A stretch of DNA of 64,000 bases. Origin: Adineta vaga. Lineage: Eukaryota > Animalia > Rotifera. The translations under genes and the position numbers were made by a program. Location of the stretch: positions 17,360,001 through 17,424,000 of the forward strand of contig CP075493.1 of assembly GCA_021613535.1 (NCBI GenBank), written 5' to 3'. How positions within the stretch are numbered: position 1 is the first letter of the stretch; every line of letters starts with the position of its first letter. Below, piece after piece: positions 48,943 through 62,600 of this stretch. The notes under the pieces were generated by a model. That model made no database searches. It was not told where the DNA came from and saw only the letters and a list, made by a program, of their open reading frames with translations.

Positions 48943-49686
48943 ATGTCAATAACAAATCGTTATAGTGATATTTCTCCAACTGAACGGCTTTCACCTGTTT
49001 ATGGTTTTCAAAGTCAAAAGGTTGGATTACTGGAAGAAGCATTAAAAGCAATTGAACCACAAATAGATCGTTTACAAGATTATATAAAAACTGCTAAAAA
49101 ATATTGTCATTATCCATCAGAACATGATTTAACACATGACGAATCAGCTTCAATTTATATTTATACAATGGAATGGGGCGAAACAAGTTTATATCGTCTT
49201 TTAAATAAAACACTAAGAAATGAAAATAGAGAATTAATTAAAATTTGGTTTCCATATTTGAAATTATTCGATTCAGCATTGAACAAATTACCAACAGTAC
49301 GAGAAGTTGTATGGCGTGGTGTTTCCAATGATATTGGAAAACATTTTACAAAAGATCAATCTGTAACATGGTGGACTGTAAATTCATGCTCATCATCCGT
49401 TAATATTATTGAAAATTTCCTTAAAAATAATAAAAAAACAACAATGTTTTTAATCGAAGCAGTTAATGGAAAAAAAATCAGTGGGTATACTGCATTTGAA
49501 AATGAAGATGAAGTGGTTTTAAAAATAGGAACGGAATTTCGTGTGAAATCAAATGCATTAAATCATCCAAATGGTTCATATGTTGTTCATTTAATTGAGA
49601 TTGGTAATGATCAGAATCCTTCACCACCACCATCAAAACCACGTAAGTTTATTTTGATTTCTTTATTTTATATCTATTTAAACTAA
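48943..49686 (+). CDS. RSE-type (ARTC) NAD:arginine ADP-ribosyltransferase domain protein
   Basis: LTHDESASIYIYTMEW..SLYRLLNKTLR, VWRGV, NSCSS, ENEDEVVL; splice donor near 49642; downstream exons unclear. Confidence 0.85.
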   Translation: MSITNRYSDISPTERLSPVYGFQSQKVGLLEEALKAIEPQIDRLQDYIKTAKKYCHYPSEHDLTHDESASIYIYTMEWGETSLYRLLNKTLRNENRELIKIWFPYLKLFDSALNKLPTVREVVWRGVSNDIGKHFTKDQSVTWWTVNSCSSSVNIIENFLKNNKKTTMFLIEAVNGKKISGYTAFENEDEVVLKIGTEFRVKSNALNHPNGSYVVHLIEIGNDQNPSPPPSKPRKFILISLFYIYLN

Positions 49687-50956
49687 TTTAAAATAACTTC
49701 TTAATGTTTTCCAGTATGAGAAGAAAGTGTACCTAACTAATGATAGATGATCTAGAAGTGAAACAAAGAGAAAGGAAAAAATGAACAATCAATTAACGAA
49801 ATATCATGATAAAAAATAATTAAAATGTTTTTTTTTATGACATCAAACAAGACTTATGAAATACGTAAATGTATCAAAAATTATTCTAAGCATATTTTCT
49901 AATCAACTCATTTTTTTCAACATCAAATGATTTGTTACCGACTTTTTGAGAAATCTTATAGAATTTATTGAAAATAAAACGATGAAAATTCCTAAATGAA
50001 ATATAATGAACTTTTGTTTGGTTATCTTACTCATAATCATCTGATCAGTAACTCATCGTACATATAATGTCTATTCTTCGCAAGTTTATCAGTATTCCAT
50101 CTTCTAATCTTGATGTCACATAAACTATCATCACTGTCATATATGACATATAAATTCTTCCATTTTTTGATATAGCTGTACCAAAAATATCAATAACTCC
50201 GCAGCCAAAGTCGACATCAGAAATGGCAATACACCAGCTACTTAACAGTTGGATTCTACGTGAAGATATTCGTATGAGCCAATATCGTAATGTTATTCGA
50301 TTATATAAAGTATCAAATATTCCAGAATCATTCTACAAGTATTACATGAATGAATTCCACATGTTAGCTAATATCATAGAACAGATTATCGATGCTGACA
50401 AGCACCTGAAAGACTTGCTTCAAAAAAATGATTCAGAATTTTTTAAATATTATAAAATGGCGAGTTCTGACATACTACGCGAATGGGATGCGTCGAAACG
50501 ATGAAATGAGCCTGTTAACCCATGAATGATTTTTTATTTCACTACAAATCTCATCAGATGATTTGAAGTTTGTCGTTTTTTGTTCAAATAATCAAATTCT
50601 AAATAAATAAAATTCAATTACAAACAAAGGAATGGCATTTGCAGAAAAAATAGGGATGGGTGCAGTTTTATTGAATAAATATATCATACCCAAACCCACC
50701 CCTTGTTTTACACGAATTGTTTTTTGAATGGCAACGCATACATTTAGACCATTCAGTTGTTGCTAGAAGAACTTTAAGTATAAAATCTAATAAAATACAA
50801 TGAATTTGAAGAACAATTCGATGTTTTTTTTATTGAAATTTGTGAAAGAATTAAAAACCAGAATTTATATTGATAAACATTCACTACTCAATCCAATCAG
50901 AAATATATCTGTTACAATGACAATACTCAGTTGAATAGTGAATGATTGTCGATGAA

Positions 50957-51969
50957 CTATACTATATTTGATTGAATATCATATACAAGTATTAGATCAA
51001 GTAAAAATATATAAGTTGAAGTTGAATATTGACATCGTTCACTAGAATATTCTTCTGTACATGAACAATCAAATTTTGTTAAATTCTTACGATCATTATA
51101 TAGAACACATAATCCATTGTGTTGACATGGATTATTTGATAATTGACATATTGGATGTTTCAAATAACAACGTGAACCAAGTTTATTTAATTGACAAATA
51201 CATATTGATCGACTAAGACAAATTGCATTTTTCTCACAATTGCATTGATGAGTAATCTTACAATAAGTACCAGAATATCCTTCATCACAATGACAGAAAA
51301 AGGTGGAATTTTTATTGATATATTTCATACATTGACCATGTGCTCCGCATAAAAGAGTGCATGTTACTGGTTTAGTTGGTTCTTGAGGAATATGCAAGAG
51401 AGTAGCAATTCGATTAACAAGTAAAAATTGAAATGGTATAGATAAATGCCAACTACCCAAATAATTTAATAGTTTTTTATCATATAAATTAATTAATATT
51501 GTATAATTATTTGATAAAGATTTTGGTCGTAGAGGATAAAGTAAATATAAATTATATTTTGTAGTACAATCACGATTAGGTACATAAAGAATTTGTTCAT
51601 GATAAGGTGTAATAGATCCTTATCTATCGATAAACATAATTATTATTTGAAATATGAGAGAAGATGATAAAATTTTATCCATTTGAAATTGAAGTGTTAA
51701 ACTAATACGTTGATTTTGTCATTGACATCGTGATCCGAAATAATTCGGTGGACATAAACATTGTTTTGTTCTATTTCGACCTTGCAATGTAAGAATATAT
51801 TTTGATTCGTCTTGGAAACTGTACGTATAGATATATTCGTTGATGAGTTTGGATAATAACCAAATTGTTTCCTAGTTAAAAATCGAATCGAAGGTCTAAT
51901 CCTATATCCTTGTAAACGACAAAGATGTGTGTTGCTTTCTAGGTTTTTAATAAATATAATAGGAAGTAA
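50957..51969 (-). pseudogene. Internal fragment of an EGF-repeat GPCR-family gene (paralog of 34162-39375)
   Basis: SWHLSIPFQFLLVNRIA, CGAHGQC, CHCDEGYSGTYC, NPCQHNGLC; begins at the palindrome at 51970 with no start. Confidence 0.7.
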
Positions 51970-52037
51970 TTGAGGGTGTGGTGTGGGTGTGGGTGAATAA
52001 GAGATACTTTGACCCACACCCACCCACACCCTCACCC
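51970..52037. repeat. Inverted telomere-like palindromic element
   Basis: TTGAGGGTGTGGTGTGGGTGTGGGTG-AATAAGAGATACTTTGA-CCCACACCCACCCACACCCTCACCC; weaker copies at ~50652-50703 and ~53220-53281. Confidence 0.88.
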
Positions 52038-53930
52038 GAGTGATTCTAGTTATGCGCTCGCTTTTTCCGTTCACTTGAAAAAGTTCAAGGTTCTGAATCT
52101 GTTATCAATACCATATTGTTGTTACCTGGATTATGTTCATCTGAGGCCTTCAAATTCAAAGAAATTACTTTATGAATGAATTCCAACATTTTTCACCACC
52201 TAACACACTTAAAATGACTTTGATAAAGTGAAATAATACAAAGAAGACTTGGCTGAAAGTCACCAAGGTCTTCCTGCTGACCTCCACTGTGATGATTTTT
52301 GATAGACCACGCTTTAGCGCTGATGGAGCTACGCTTTTCTTTATTCCTTCCTTTCATATATCGCATCGTTCTCACACAAAACAGTCACTTATATACCCTT
52401 CCGAAAGAGAAAAGAACAACGGATTATAAGAAGTGAATACAGAATAAGGAGAAAGTGCAAAATTAGGACAAATATAAGCATATGACGTTTTTTCACTGAT
52501 TCGTTACACTCATCCTGATGATGCCAACCATATTGTGACCTTTTTCTAGACCTAGAAAAGCATCATAGAAAGTTTGGTGATCTTAGCTGTTACAGAAACT
52601 GGATGGATATCGAACAGGTAGACAGAGAGAAACATGCTACTTTATATGTAGAGATATTGACAAAATTCTCTCTAAGTCAGCAATGGTACAACCCATTGAG
52701 CTCATCTTCGAATTCGACTGAGACATAGATGAAACAATTATGGGTAAAAAACTTCAGCTCAATCGGATGCGGATATGAAGAGTTATCGAATAAACGGCCG
52801 GACGACCGGATATACTGACCGATTTTAGTAGTGTACTCACTTTTTGAGTACACAAAAATAAAACTTAAAAATTCACATATCCCGTCAAATAACTACTCAG
52901 CTAATTGTAAATCACACAGCTCTATTTCTAACACTACTATAGCCTAACATACCTACAACACGCCGCATTATCCTTTGATATTATCCAACAACCCATAGCA
53001 TTCCAAAAATGTAATACAACACCATAGTCAGTATTCCCGCAGTCACCTTAACTCTCACAGAGATGATACCCCATTGACACCCTTCCCTACACCCTCACTG
53101 AGATCGAATAATTGAATAGTTGAATTCAACTTTCGAGTTATATATTTATGACTTTTTCTAGCAGTCCAAGGTACAGTCAGCATTCTTCTTAGGAACCACA
53201 TCTCAGTAGCCTGAGGCTCTGAGTGTGAGTGGAGTTAAAATGGAGTGACAGCCAACTATTCATCTACATCCACACCTTCAACTTGGCATCTCACACAGAA
53301 GCTTGAGACGTTTGAGGTATATGGATATCGGCATTCTATCATTATACTGACACTCTCAATGTCAGAGAAAAAAATTTTTTTTTGGAATATGTCGACAATT
53401 GTTTCGTATTTTAATTTAGTAAACTTTTTTAAAATTCTCTGAAACAGAAAAAATTTTAATTTCATGATTCTTCGAAGCATTTTTGAAATAAAAATTTTTA
53501 AACATCTGCAACATATAGAAACGTTTTCTGTTCCGTTAATAAATCTTTCATATTTTTATTTATTGAATAAATATTGAAATGGGAGAGAAACAAAAAGAAG
53601 TTGTAGCAGCGAACTGAGACTTTAAACCATTTAGTTTTATCATTTTCAAAATTTTGGTTGTGCCATTAATAGAGAAATTCTTTGACAGAGTGTTTTATTT
53701 TTTTTCTCTTTCATACGTTCAGATAAGCTAGTTAGTTAAATTCATAGAAGATAAAATTATGTTTTTTTTCTGCGTGATTTAACTTTCTAATGAAGATTAC
53801 TAGTTATCCAAGTGTAACATGACGAGCTCTATTCAATCATATGGATAGTTTTAAACTCAACTTTGTACTCTTACCTATGTTCTTTTCTTTCTTTCAAATT
53901 TTAATTCATGTTTTCCTTTTATTTATAGAA

Positions 53931-55432
53931 GACTAGCGGAAGTACCCGATGTTGGTCCAGAACTTTCCGGATTGAGCACTTCATATTTCAGAAAACGACA
54001 GGAGATGTAAAGAGGATTGTGCTTGAAATTTTTCATCTGTCGCGACAACATATCCCGCCGTGCATATCAGATATAGAACAACTTATACTATGTAGCAATT
54101 CCAATCCACCCGTTTTCCTACAGTTCCCGCTGCAAAATCCATGTTTTTTCTTACAGATACCGCTTCAAATCTGTCTCCACTTCACTTCAAACCTAAAAAC
54201 TTTAGGCTTCTCGTTAAAGTTTCATCTATCACGAATATACACACATTCACGATAAAGCTCGTTAGTCCAAGAGAATCTTGTATCAAAGTGAATATCTTAC
54301 TTATGAATCGTTCTCGCTATCGAGTAACACAATTAGATCAGTACAAAAACATAGTAATAAATGACCGGTATAAAAGTCGATCTAATGGATTATCCAAAAT
54401 TGCATGGAAATTCTATCACTTTCCGTTGTCCCTTGTCTTTCAACATTAAAGAGCAAACCCGTGATTCTTGTATTCCCATGCATTTTCGATCATCTTTTGC
54501 AAAATTCATGGAAATCATAACATTCTGCAATTTCGGATTCCACAGAATTCAGGGTCTCGCTCTTTTCCCTTTGTATTTCCATGTGTATACGGACGTATCA
54601 TCGACATCTTGATAACCTTAGCCATTACGTAACCGTCTCAGTGAATTTTCACCCAAGTATCTCCTCTCAACTCTGAATAATACCGTTAGCACTCTCTCCA
54701 TCTTCAATTGAGCCTAAGCAAGCGCTACTGAAAATTTGGTGACATTATTTATGACAAAGCCATCTGGGTGAAACTTGCCTCTCAGACAGTTACTCCTAAT
54801 CTCCAAGAATTGTCGGTAAGTCTCTTTTGCCCTTTCATCGGAGTCAGAAAGCTCCCATAAGAAGTTCAGTAGATGTTAATTGTCATGGAAACCGTATTGA
54901 GTGTATGAATGGATGGGTATAGAATTTCATCCAATGCTCACTCACTGGCCCTTCATTGAGAATTTTTACCCATTTTCGACCTACTTTTGGGCCTGTAGAA
55001 ATACCATGGAAATTTCGGTGACGGTACCTGTAATAGAAACCTAATTGAGAATATGGGTGGGTTTGGGTGCAATTTCACCCAAACACATCGCTTTCAACCC
55101 TTCTTAGTGATTCTAACAGCATCCTTGTATTTTTCTTGACCTAAGAAAGCATCGTAGAAAGTTTCGTGGCGCTAACTATTACGGAACTGCCTGGGTGTAA
55201 TTTCACTCATACCCACCCTCAAATTTGAAATGCTGCAATTCTATTGGTCAGCTTCATATATTGCCTGTAGCAAGCGTAGAATTCTTTTTTTTTCGGAAAA
55301 AAAGTAGATGTCGATCTTCCCTTGAGTGTAGAGACCATCGCTGTAAAGTTTCATTGCATTCGCGCGTACGGTCTTTAAATGCATAGCGAACAAACAAACA
55401 AAGAGACAAACATTCTTCTTTATATATATAGA
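53931..55432 (+). mobile_element. Non-autonomous Helitron/Helentron (DINE-1/HINE-like) element, copy 1
   Basis: 5' ACTAGCGGAAGTACCCG; 3' (ACAA)n microsatellite + CTTTATATATATAGA; TGGGTG..CACCCA hairpins. Confidence 0.6.
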
Positions 55433-56645
55433 CTAGCGGAGATACCCGCTGCAAAGAGGACATAGTTTACGTTTTCCATTTGCAACAGTGCTTTTCTCAT
55501 CACCTAACGGACTTCTCCGTTAATATTCACCCATCGTATATCAAAAATTCCTCACACCCTTCTCTCCCGCCAGTGGCGCAACCAGGATTTTTAGGCCAAT
55601 GGGCAAACTTCTATTACGTAAGAAAAAGACGATGGGCAAAATGGGCAGGCTTTTTATCGACGGGCCAAACATTTTTGTCTTATCAATATGCGAAAAACGC
55701 TCAGTAGAGTATAAACATAGTGAAAGGAGATAACGTTTTTCTAATAAGAAACTGCGGTATACAGAAATCTCGGGCTTAAGTCGAATGATTATTGGCATAT
55801 TTTTGATGTTTTGCAACATTTATATTTGAAATCGAATGTCAAAATCAAGACGAAAAAGATATAGCTGTTATCTAACTCATAAACCAATGTATCAATTTTA
55901 ACAAGTAAAATTTGAGTGGGCAAAGCTCAAAATGGAATGGGCAATTGCCCATTTGCCCCCCCCCCTGCCTCAGCTAGTGTAATCCTTCAGGTCGTCACTC
56001 AGCGCGCGTTGCCTGTCTTCCACACGTCTTTCTCCTTCATACTGAGATCCGTCCTATATCCCTTTTCGCGCCATGCACCAGGTCTTTTTTCAGAACTGTT
56101 TGCATCTCTTCATTAGTTCTTTCCTACCGGTCTTGTCTCGCTATGCATACGACATACAGCTCTGTTCCTTTTTAATCCACTCCTACTGTCCCGCTGTAAC
56201 TCCAGTCCCATTCTAGACCCACTGTTCCGCTGCAACTTGCACCCTTCGGTAGATCTGCCTATTCTCTAGTTTATAAACTTAACTTCGACTCCGTACAGTC
56301 AGAGTAATCATTGACAGTTTATCGACGCTGGATGAATTCTCACTAATTCTCCTTCATCTACTCCTTGGAGGTGGCAACCCCGTCGCGAACTTTCATGGGA
56401 CTTAGGGGAGTCTCATGAAACGTTTTGTGTCGCCAGCTATCAGTAGGATCGAAAAATTCCTATATGCCATCACTTGGGTGAAACTTCACCCACGTCCCTC
56501 ACCCCCAATGAGTATTCTAACCCCATGTCGACCTTCCTGTGGACCTAGGGAAGTATTGTGGAAAGTTTCGTGACGACTACTACCACAAGGACTGAATGCA
56601 TAGTGAACAAACAGACAAACTTTCTTGTTTATATATATAGAAGAT
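55431..56645 (+). mobile_element. Non-autonomous Helitron/Helentron (DINE-1/HINE-like) element, copy 2, in tandem
   Basis: 5' ACTAGCGGAGATACCCG; 3' ACAAACAGACAAAC..TTTATATATATAGAAGAT; GAAAGTTTCGTG block shared with copy 1 and with ~52560-52655. Confidence 0.6.
55571..55979. mobile_element. hAT-like MITE nested in the DINE-like element
   Basis: CAGTGGCGCAACCAGG left end; degenerate CCTGCCTCAGCTAGTG right end; subterminal TGGGCAA repeats. Confidence 0.5.
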
Positions 56646-56679
56646 AATATTTAGATTATTTGACAGATCAGTTTGATCA

Positions 56680-59600
56680 TTGTTTTTATCAATCATTATG
56701 CATGCCAAATTTTTGTTTTATTGGGTTTACGATTATATAGAACATTGGAATTTTTTTATCCCAGAAGAAGAAGATGAACTTAATAACAATGAAAATGAAT
56801 CACAAGATCAAATAATTATTGTAAAACATCAAAAATATTCTACACGTTTATATATTCTTCTTCTTCTTGGTATGTATAACATATTTGTTTTCTATATTCG
56901 AAAAATATTATTTATACCCAAATAAATCGAAGAAAGAAGAGTGAAATCATAATTCCATTACATCTAACAAGTCTCTTTTGAGTTTGGACTTTTTTTTTAT
57001 GTATGTGGTAAATTTGAGTGAGTTCAAAAGTATAATATGATCTTTCTCTCGAATTATTATGTATTTTACTGAAATTTTACTTACAGTGCGATATCGTGAC
57101 ATAAAATTTGAATATTGATTCGAGCGTAAATGTCGTTTAGCATAGAATCTGTTGTATATTAAATATCATTTTACTCTCAGTCATTCATTTTCGCCCTAAA
57201 CAAAATTAATTTGAATGTTTTTCTTTTCAGTGTCACTTTATATTTTCTTTTACATTTCTATGGTTGAAATTCGATCACATAGAATTGTGATCTCTGATAT
57301 AACTGATATGATTTTTGACAAAATTCATTTCAAAGATAAAGAAAATCTCTCATGTCCATGTTCAAATACTATAATATCTTATAAAAAATTTATTTCCAAT
57401 GAAATAAAATATCATCCTATTTGTTCAAGTAAATTCATCAGTCAACAATGGATCGACGCTTTATATTCAACAAATGCTAGTCGATATAGAGCAAGAGATT
57501 TTCGAGCAATAGCTCATTCACAGGTAATTGAAAAAAAAATCAATATATTATTATATGAGAAATATAAAATTAATTTTTCATTTGATTTAGTTTAAACTTT
57601 TATCTGATTTTTGTTCTCTTATTAAAGATATGGTATCTCAAACTGAAATTGAAATTGATAATTATGAATTAATTACTATTGATCTTCTTTTAAAAGATCA
57701 ACTTCAATCAAAAGTAAATAATACTATTGAATCAATTAAGAATAGTATATCAATTCGATTAATGTTATATATTGATTATATAAATACAAATACTGAATCA
57801 AACAATTTCATTTCTTCTCTTAATATCAATACAAAAATTTTAAGTAAACTTGAAGGAAATCATTATGTAGCCAAGAAACATGCAGCAATTTATTATAAAT
57901 TTGAAAAATACGAAATACTTGCATGTGCCAATGTAAATGTATTTCTACCATCTGTTTTTTATTCAACAGAAAATTTTCCAAATCTTACTGTACCAAATTC
58001 AAATTTAGTGAATTATCTATCAGGAAATATATCTATAATTACCGGATTTATTACAACATGTACATCTTTTGGAAGTTTTCTTTCAAGTACATTCGATTGT
58101 TTACATAATAAAGAATGTATTGAATTATTAATTAAATATTTTCCATCTATAACTCAAGTAAAACAAATGATCTTATTATTTTTGTTTTATATTTGCATCT
58201 CTTTTAGACAAATTTCAATTTAACTAATTCAATTCTTTCATCAAAACAACAAAATCTTTCTTTATATAATCATTTAAAAAATCTTTTTATTGATCATCGG
58301 TCAATAAAGATTAATTATTCTGAATATTTTCATCAATGTAAACCTTCATTTTGTTCGTACATGAGAAATGATCAGAAAAATATTTACTATGCATTAACTG
58401 TTCTCGTTAGTCTTTATGGTGGATTGACAATCATACTTCATTTCATAACACCATATTTGATCAGTATGTTGTTTAAATTTAAATATCAATCAACAAATAC
58501 CAACAGTAATTCATTTTTATTAATAAAATATATTGAACATTTGATGTTTTCTCATTATTGTAGTGACTATTATTGAACGTCTACGTAAATATGGTAAATT
58601 ATTACAACAATTAAATTTCTATCAAACATCTGTCGATCTAACAGCAAATGGAATTAAACAACAGAAGATTATGACACGTGTCTATATAATTCTTCTAATA
58701 GGTATGATTATTTTCATATTATTCTATATAATAAATAAAAATTCATTATGATCATAGGTTCATTTATAATTCTTCTTCTTTTTCATTCATTGTATACTGA
58801 AAATATTACTATGACTGTATCAAATCCATCATTTGATACTTATAACAATTTAGAAATCTCACATAAAGATACATTAAAATGTTCTTGTTCTACGATGATA
58901 ATTTCCTATGAAAAATTTCTTCAATTATATCCAGTTATGCATCAAGTGTGCTTTAGTGATTTTGTCGATAAAAATTATATATTATTTTGGAAAACATATG
59001 GAAAAAAGTTTTATTCTCACGATTGGCGTAATCGTGCTTCATTACAATTTCAATTATTATCTGATCTTTGTCAATTGGCTAATAAAACTATTAAAGATGC
59101 AATTAGTCGATTACTTATGGAACCATTTGCCATTTCTAATGTACTGATTAAAGCTGATTTTGATGCACAATTAAATGAAACATTAAATCAATTTTTTCGA
59201 TCAACAATGTCATCTTTTCGTACACTTATCAATACAATACGTCTTTTTAATCAAGTTGATCAACCTTATATGGAATGGACATCCTTTACAGATCTTCTTC
59301 CCGATGCAAATCTAATAGTTAATTCTTGGAAAAATGAAATAAACAATAAAACATCTTTGAAGGTATGTATTTATTTTAAATAAAATATTTTTTTTATTAA
59401 ATGAAAAAGTTTTTTTTTTTTATATTTTAGTTTACATTTAATTTGATTGAAATAGTTAATCTAGACCTACAATTAGTTGATTGTATTTGTGCAACAAATC
59501 CTCATTGTGAAAGATCAGCTTATTTTTATGATCCAAATTTAATGTTATCAATATTTTTCAGTGATAACTTATGGTATATTTCATCAGTATTCGTGGAAAG

Positions 59601-62600
59601 ATGTTCAATTATTGATTCTCTTCTTTTCTCAACACTTGAATGTTTTTATTTTGATTCCGAATGTTTTATGATTTTATCACGAAGTTTATATGGACCTAAT
59701 GAATTTTATAATATGTCAAATTTTCAACCTCTTTTATATAATTCAACAATTAGTCGTTTTCCACGTGATACATTAATTAAATTACTCGTTGAACAATTAA
59801 TGATCGAACAGTGGAATCCATTTTTCTCCTATGAACAGTTTTATCAATCATGTGCACCAGAATATTGTACTTATTCAAAACGAATTCGCACCAAAAATGC
59901 TTTCCAAATAATTCTAACATTAATATCGATCATCGGTGGTCTTACTGTTTCACTAAGAATAATTTCACCTTATCTAGTTAAAGCAATTGTTTATTTATGG
60001 ACAATTATTAGAAAAAAACAACCAAGATCAGTATCAAACAGAGGTGAGCATAGAACAAACTTTTTCATCCTGTCCCGCCTGCATGACAGCACATAGGCGC
60101 AGGACAGAATTTTTAGCAGGACACATGTGAATTTTTCGAGTTTTTTTCTGAGTTGAAATATGGTACTGCATTTTTCGCCTATACTTCCTTCGATGTATTT
60201 AAGTCTCACAGATATATTCTAAACCATAATTGAGCAGAATAATTCGACAAGAAAACGATGGATGATCTATTAATAATACATTTACTATGAAATGAAAACA
60301 ACTATACATTGTAACTCAAGAGTAAAATCATCATGTTGAATCAAGTTATAGTAGCATCGGTAACTGAGAATTGACTAGATTTATCCTTATTTGTTATAGG
60401 AAATAAGTGATGTTCATGAAATAGACTATATTTAGAAAATATAATCAGTCGCCATCCAAACAAATGGTCATATTTCCGTATTGATCTGATCAATAAAATA
60501 TTGTTTAATTGATAAAGACGTTGATTGTTTTTCTTCATCGCTTCTACTAAGAGAAGGATTATTTACATAATGAGTTTCACTTCAAAGAGTTATCTCTTTA
60601 CGTTCGACCTAGTACGTAGTTATGAAAAAATCATGACGAACACTATCTAATAAACGAAGAAAATTAAAGGATGCGGGTGAGAATCTAAAGCAGATAAGAG
60701 ACAAACGACTAATGTGTATGGTTCGCACATTTTGGACGATTTCATCTGTATTGAGGTCTAGAACATATTATACTTTATAAAGTATGCTATTGATCAAATA
60801 GTTTCCTAAATAATAACGATTATAGGCGATGGGCTAAGATAATTTATAGAAGGTTATACGATTTTTCTTAACACAAATACACCATTTATGATTCCTCGTC
60901 CTTAAACAAGTCAGTTGTTCGAGTTAAAATATGTCTTTAACATACTAGAATATCGACGCAGTTCAAACTGCCAGCATGAGTGATTTAAAAGCGTTGTCTG
61001 TCATTGCTTTTCTGTTTTTGAAAAACTTACTCAAAAACATCGTATTAAAGGGCAGGACGGCAGGACAAGCCGCACGTCCTGTCCTGTGCTCACCTCTGGT
61101 ATCAAAACCAAATGAAAATGGTAAGTTTTAATGAAATCTCTCGATTGAAAAATAAATACTTAAATCTTACTTCATAATGTTGTATATTGTAGAAAGCAAT
61201 TTCTTCGACTTTTTGTCCCAGGGTCAAGTTGATTCAGGGGCAGCGGAACATTTTCAAATGAGATAAGGCTCAGTATAAGATTATTGGTTATCCTACAAAA
61301 CTTTTACATATTCGTCTGATATAGACTAAAATAAGTTCTGTTAATATGTTACTTTACATTATTTATTTGTTTTGGAAATGAGAAAAATACTTTTTCAGTC
61401 GAGCGTACTCTTTATCGCAATAATTTGTTTCTCTTTACTGTGGATAAAAATTTTATAGCAAAAATATGATTTATTTCAATATAAATTATTTATCTAGAAA
61501 AAGCTTATCTTTTCTCATTTGACATGATAAATGTTGACATTATTTGATATGGATCAGTTTCATCGAGCTTTTGTTTGTAAATATGTGCTATCAAACAATG
61601 ATTAAGTCGTGACTATGTGTCATAGAACTTCGAAGTAGTGGCGTAGCCAGGATTTGATCGGTGGTATGGCAATGCCTTACAAAAATTTCAAAACCTATTA
61701 TATATCACCTCATAATTGTCTAAGGGTTCAAAATCAGTTTTTTTAGAAAAAAATTAATTTAGTATGAAACGCTTTTGTTAAAAGCGATGATATCAATAAA
61801 GAGTGTGCGCGGCGCAAGCTCTATTTTCCAGGAAAGATAATTAATTCTTCCAGCGAACAGTAACCAGGGACCTACGAAAGACCGAATACTAGATGGATTG
61901 CCGGTAATTTCTGTAAAAATATCCGAAAATATTTAGAATTTTGAAGCATTTTAAGAAGTTTTTTAAAACTTTCTGCGATCTCTAAACAGTTTTCGCAGAT
62001 TTTTCAGGATTTGAAAAATGTTTTTAAAATACTGAAGAAAATTTGAAAAACTGGCGAGCAAAAGAAGCGAAGTTTTCTAAAGAATGGCGGGGCTTCGCCG
62101 CCACAATAACCTCCTCATCGCGACGTCTCTGACGCTAATAACAAATGTTCTATATTCACTTATTCTCTATTAAGCTTAGCTAAAGTCAATTGTAGTCGTG
62201 CAACTCGAAATGACGTCTTTCTTCTTAAATTTTATAAATTGATAGTTTCATCATAGTTTAGAAACATGATTACTTTGACAACCAGCTGAGGAACTCGTCA
62301 GACAAGTCCTAGTTGTGGTTATGTCAGCGGATGCAATAACATTCTATTCTCATGGTCAGTATACGATCCGTTTTGATGCCGAAAAGGCCGTAGATGTACT
62401 GTATCGTTCGACCTGGGATTCTAACAATATTTGACTGTTGCTATCTTGAGCGACAAAAAATTCAATTATATCTTGATAATTCACGTGAAAGTCTCTTTCA
62501 GTAGTGGCCAAGAATAAATCACTAAGCCTGAAATCTAACATGCAACTGCGCGCAAGTACTTTTAATATATTTCACGTTGCTGAACCTGCGTTCTGTAATT

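Noticed and set aside
50530-50565. CUGAUGA..GAAA on the minus strand
   Set aside because: No convincing stem I, II or III pairing and no properly placed NUH site
52510-52545. CTGATGA motif on the plus strand
   Set aside because: No downstream stem II-GAAA
54019-54900. ORFs inside the DINE-like element as a Rep/helicase
   Set aside because: No recognisable HUH or PIF1 motifs by eye; frames are broken
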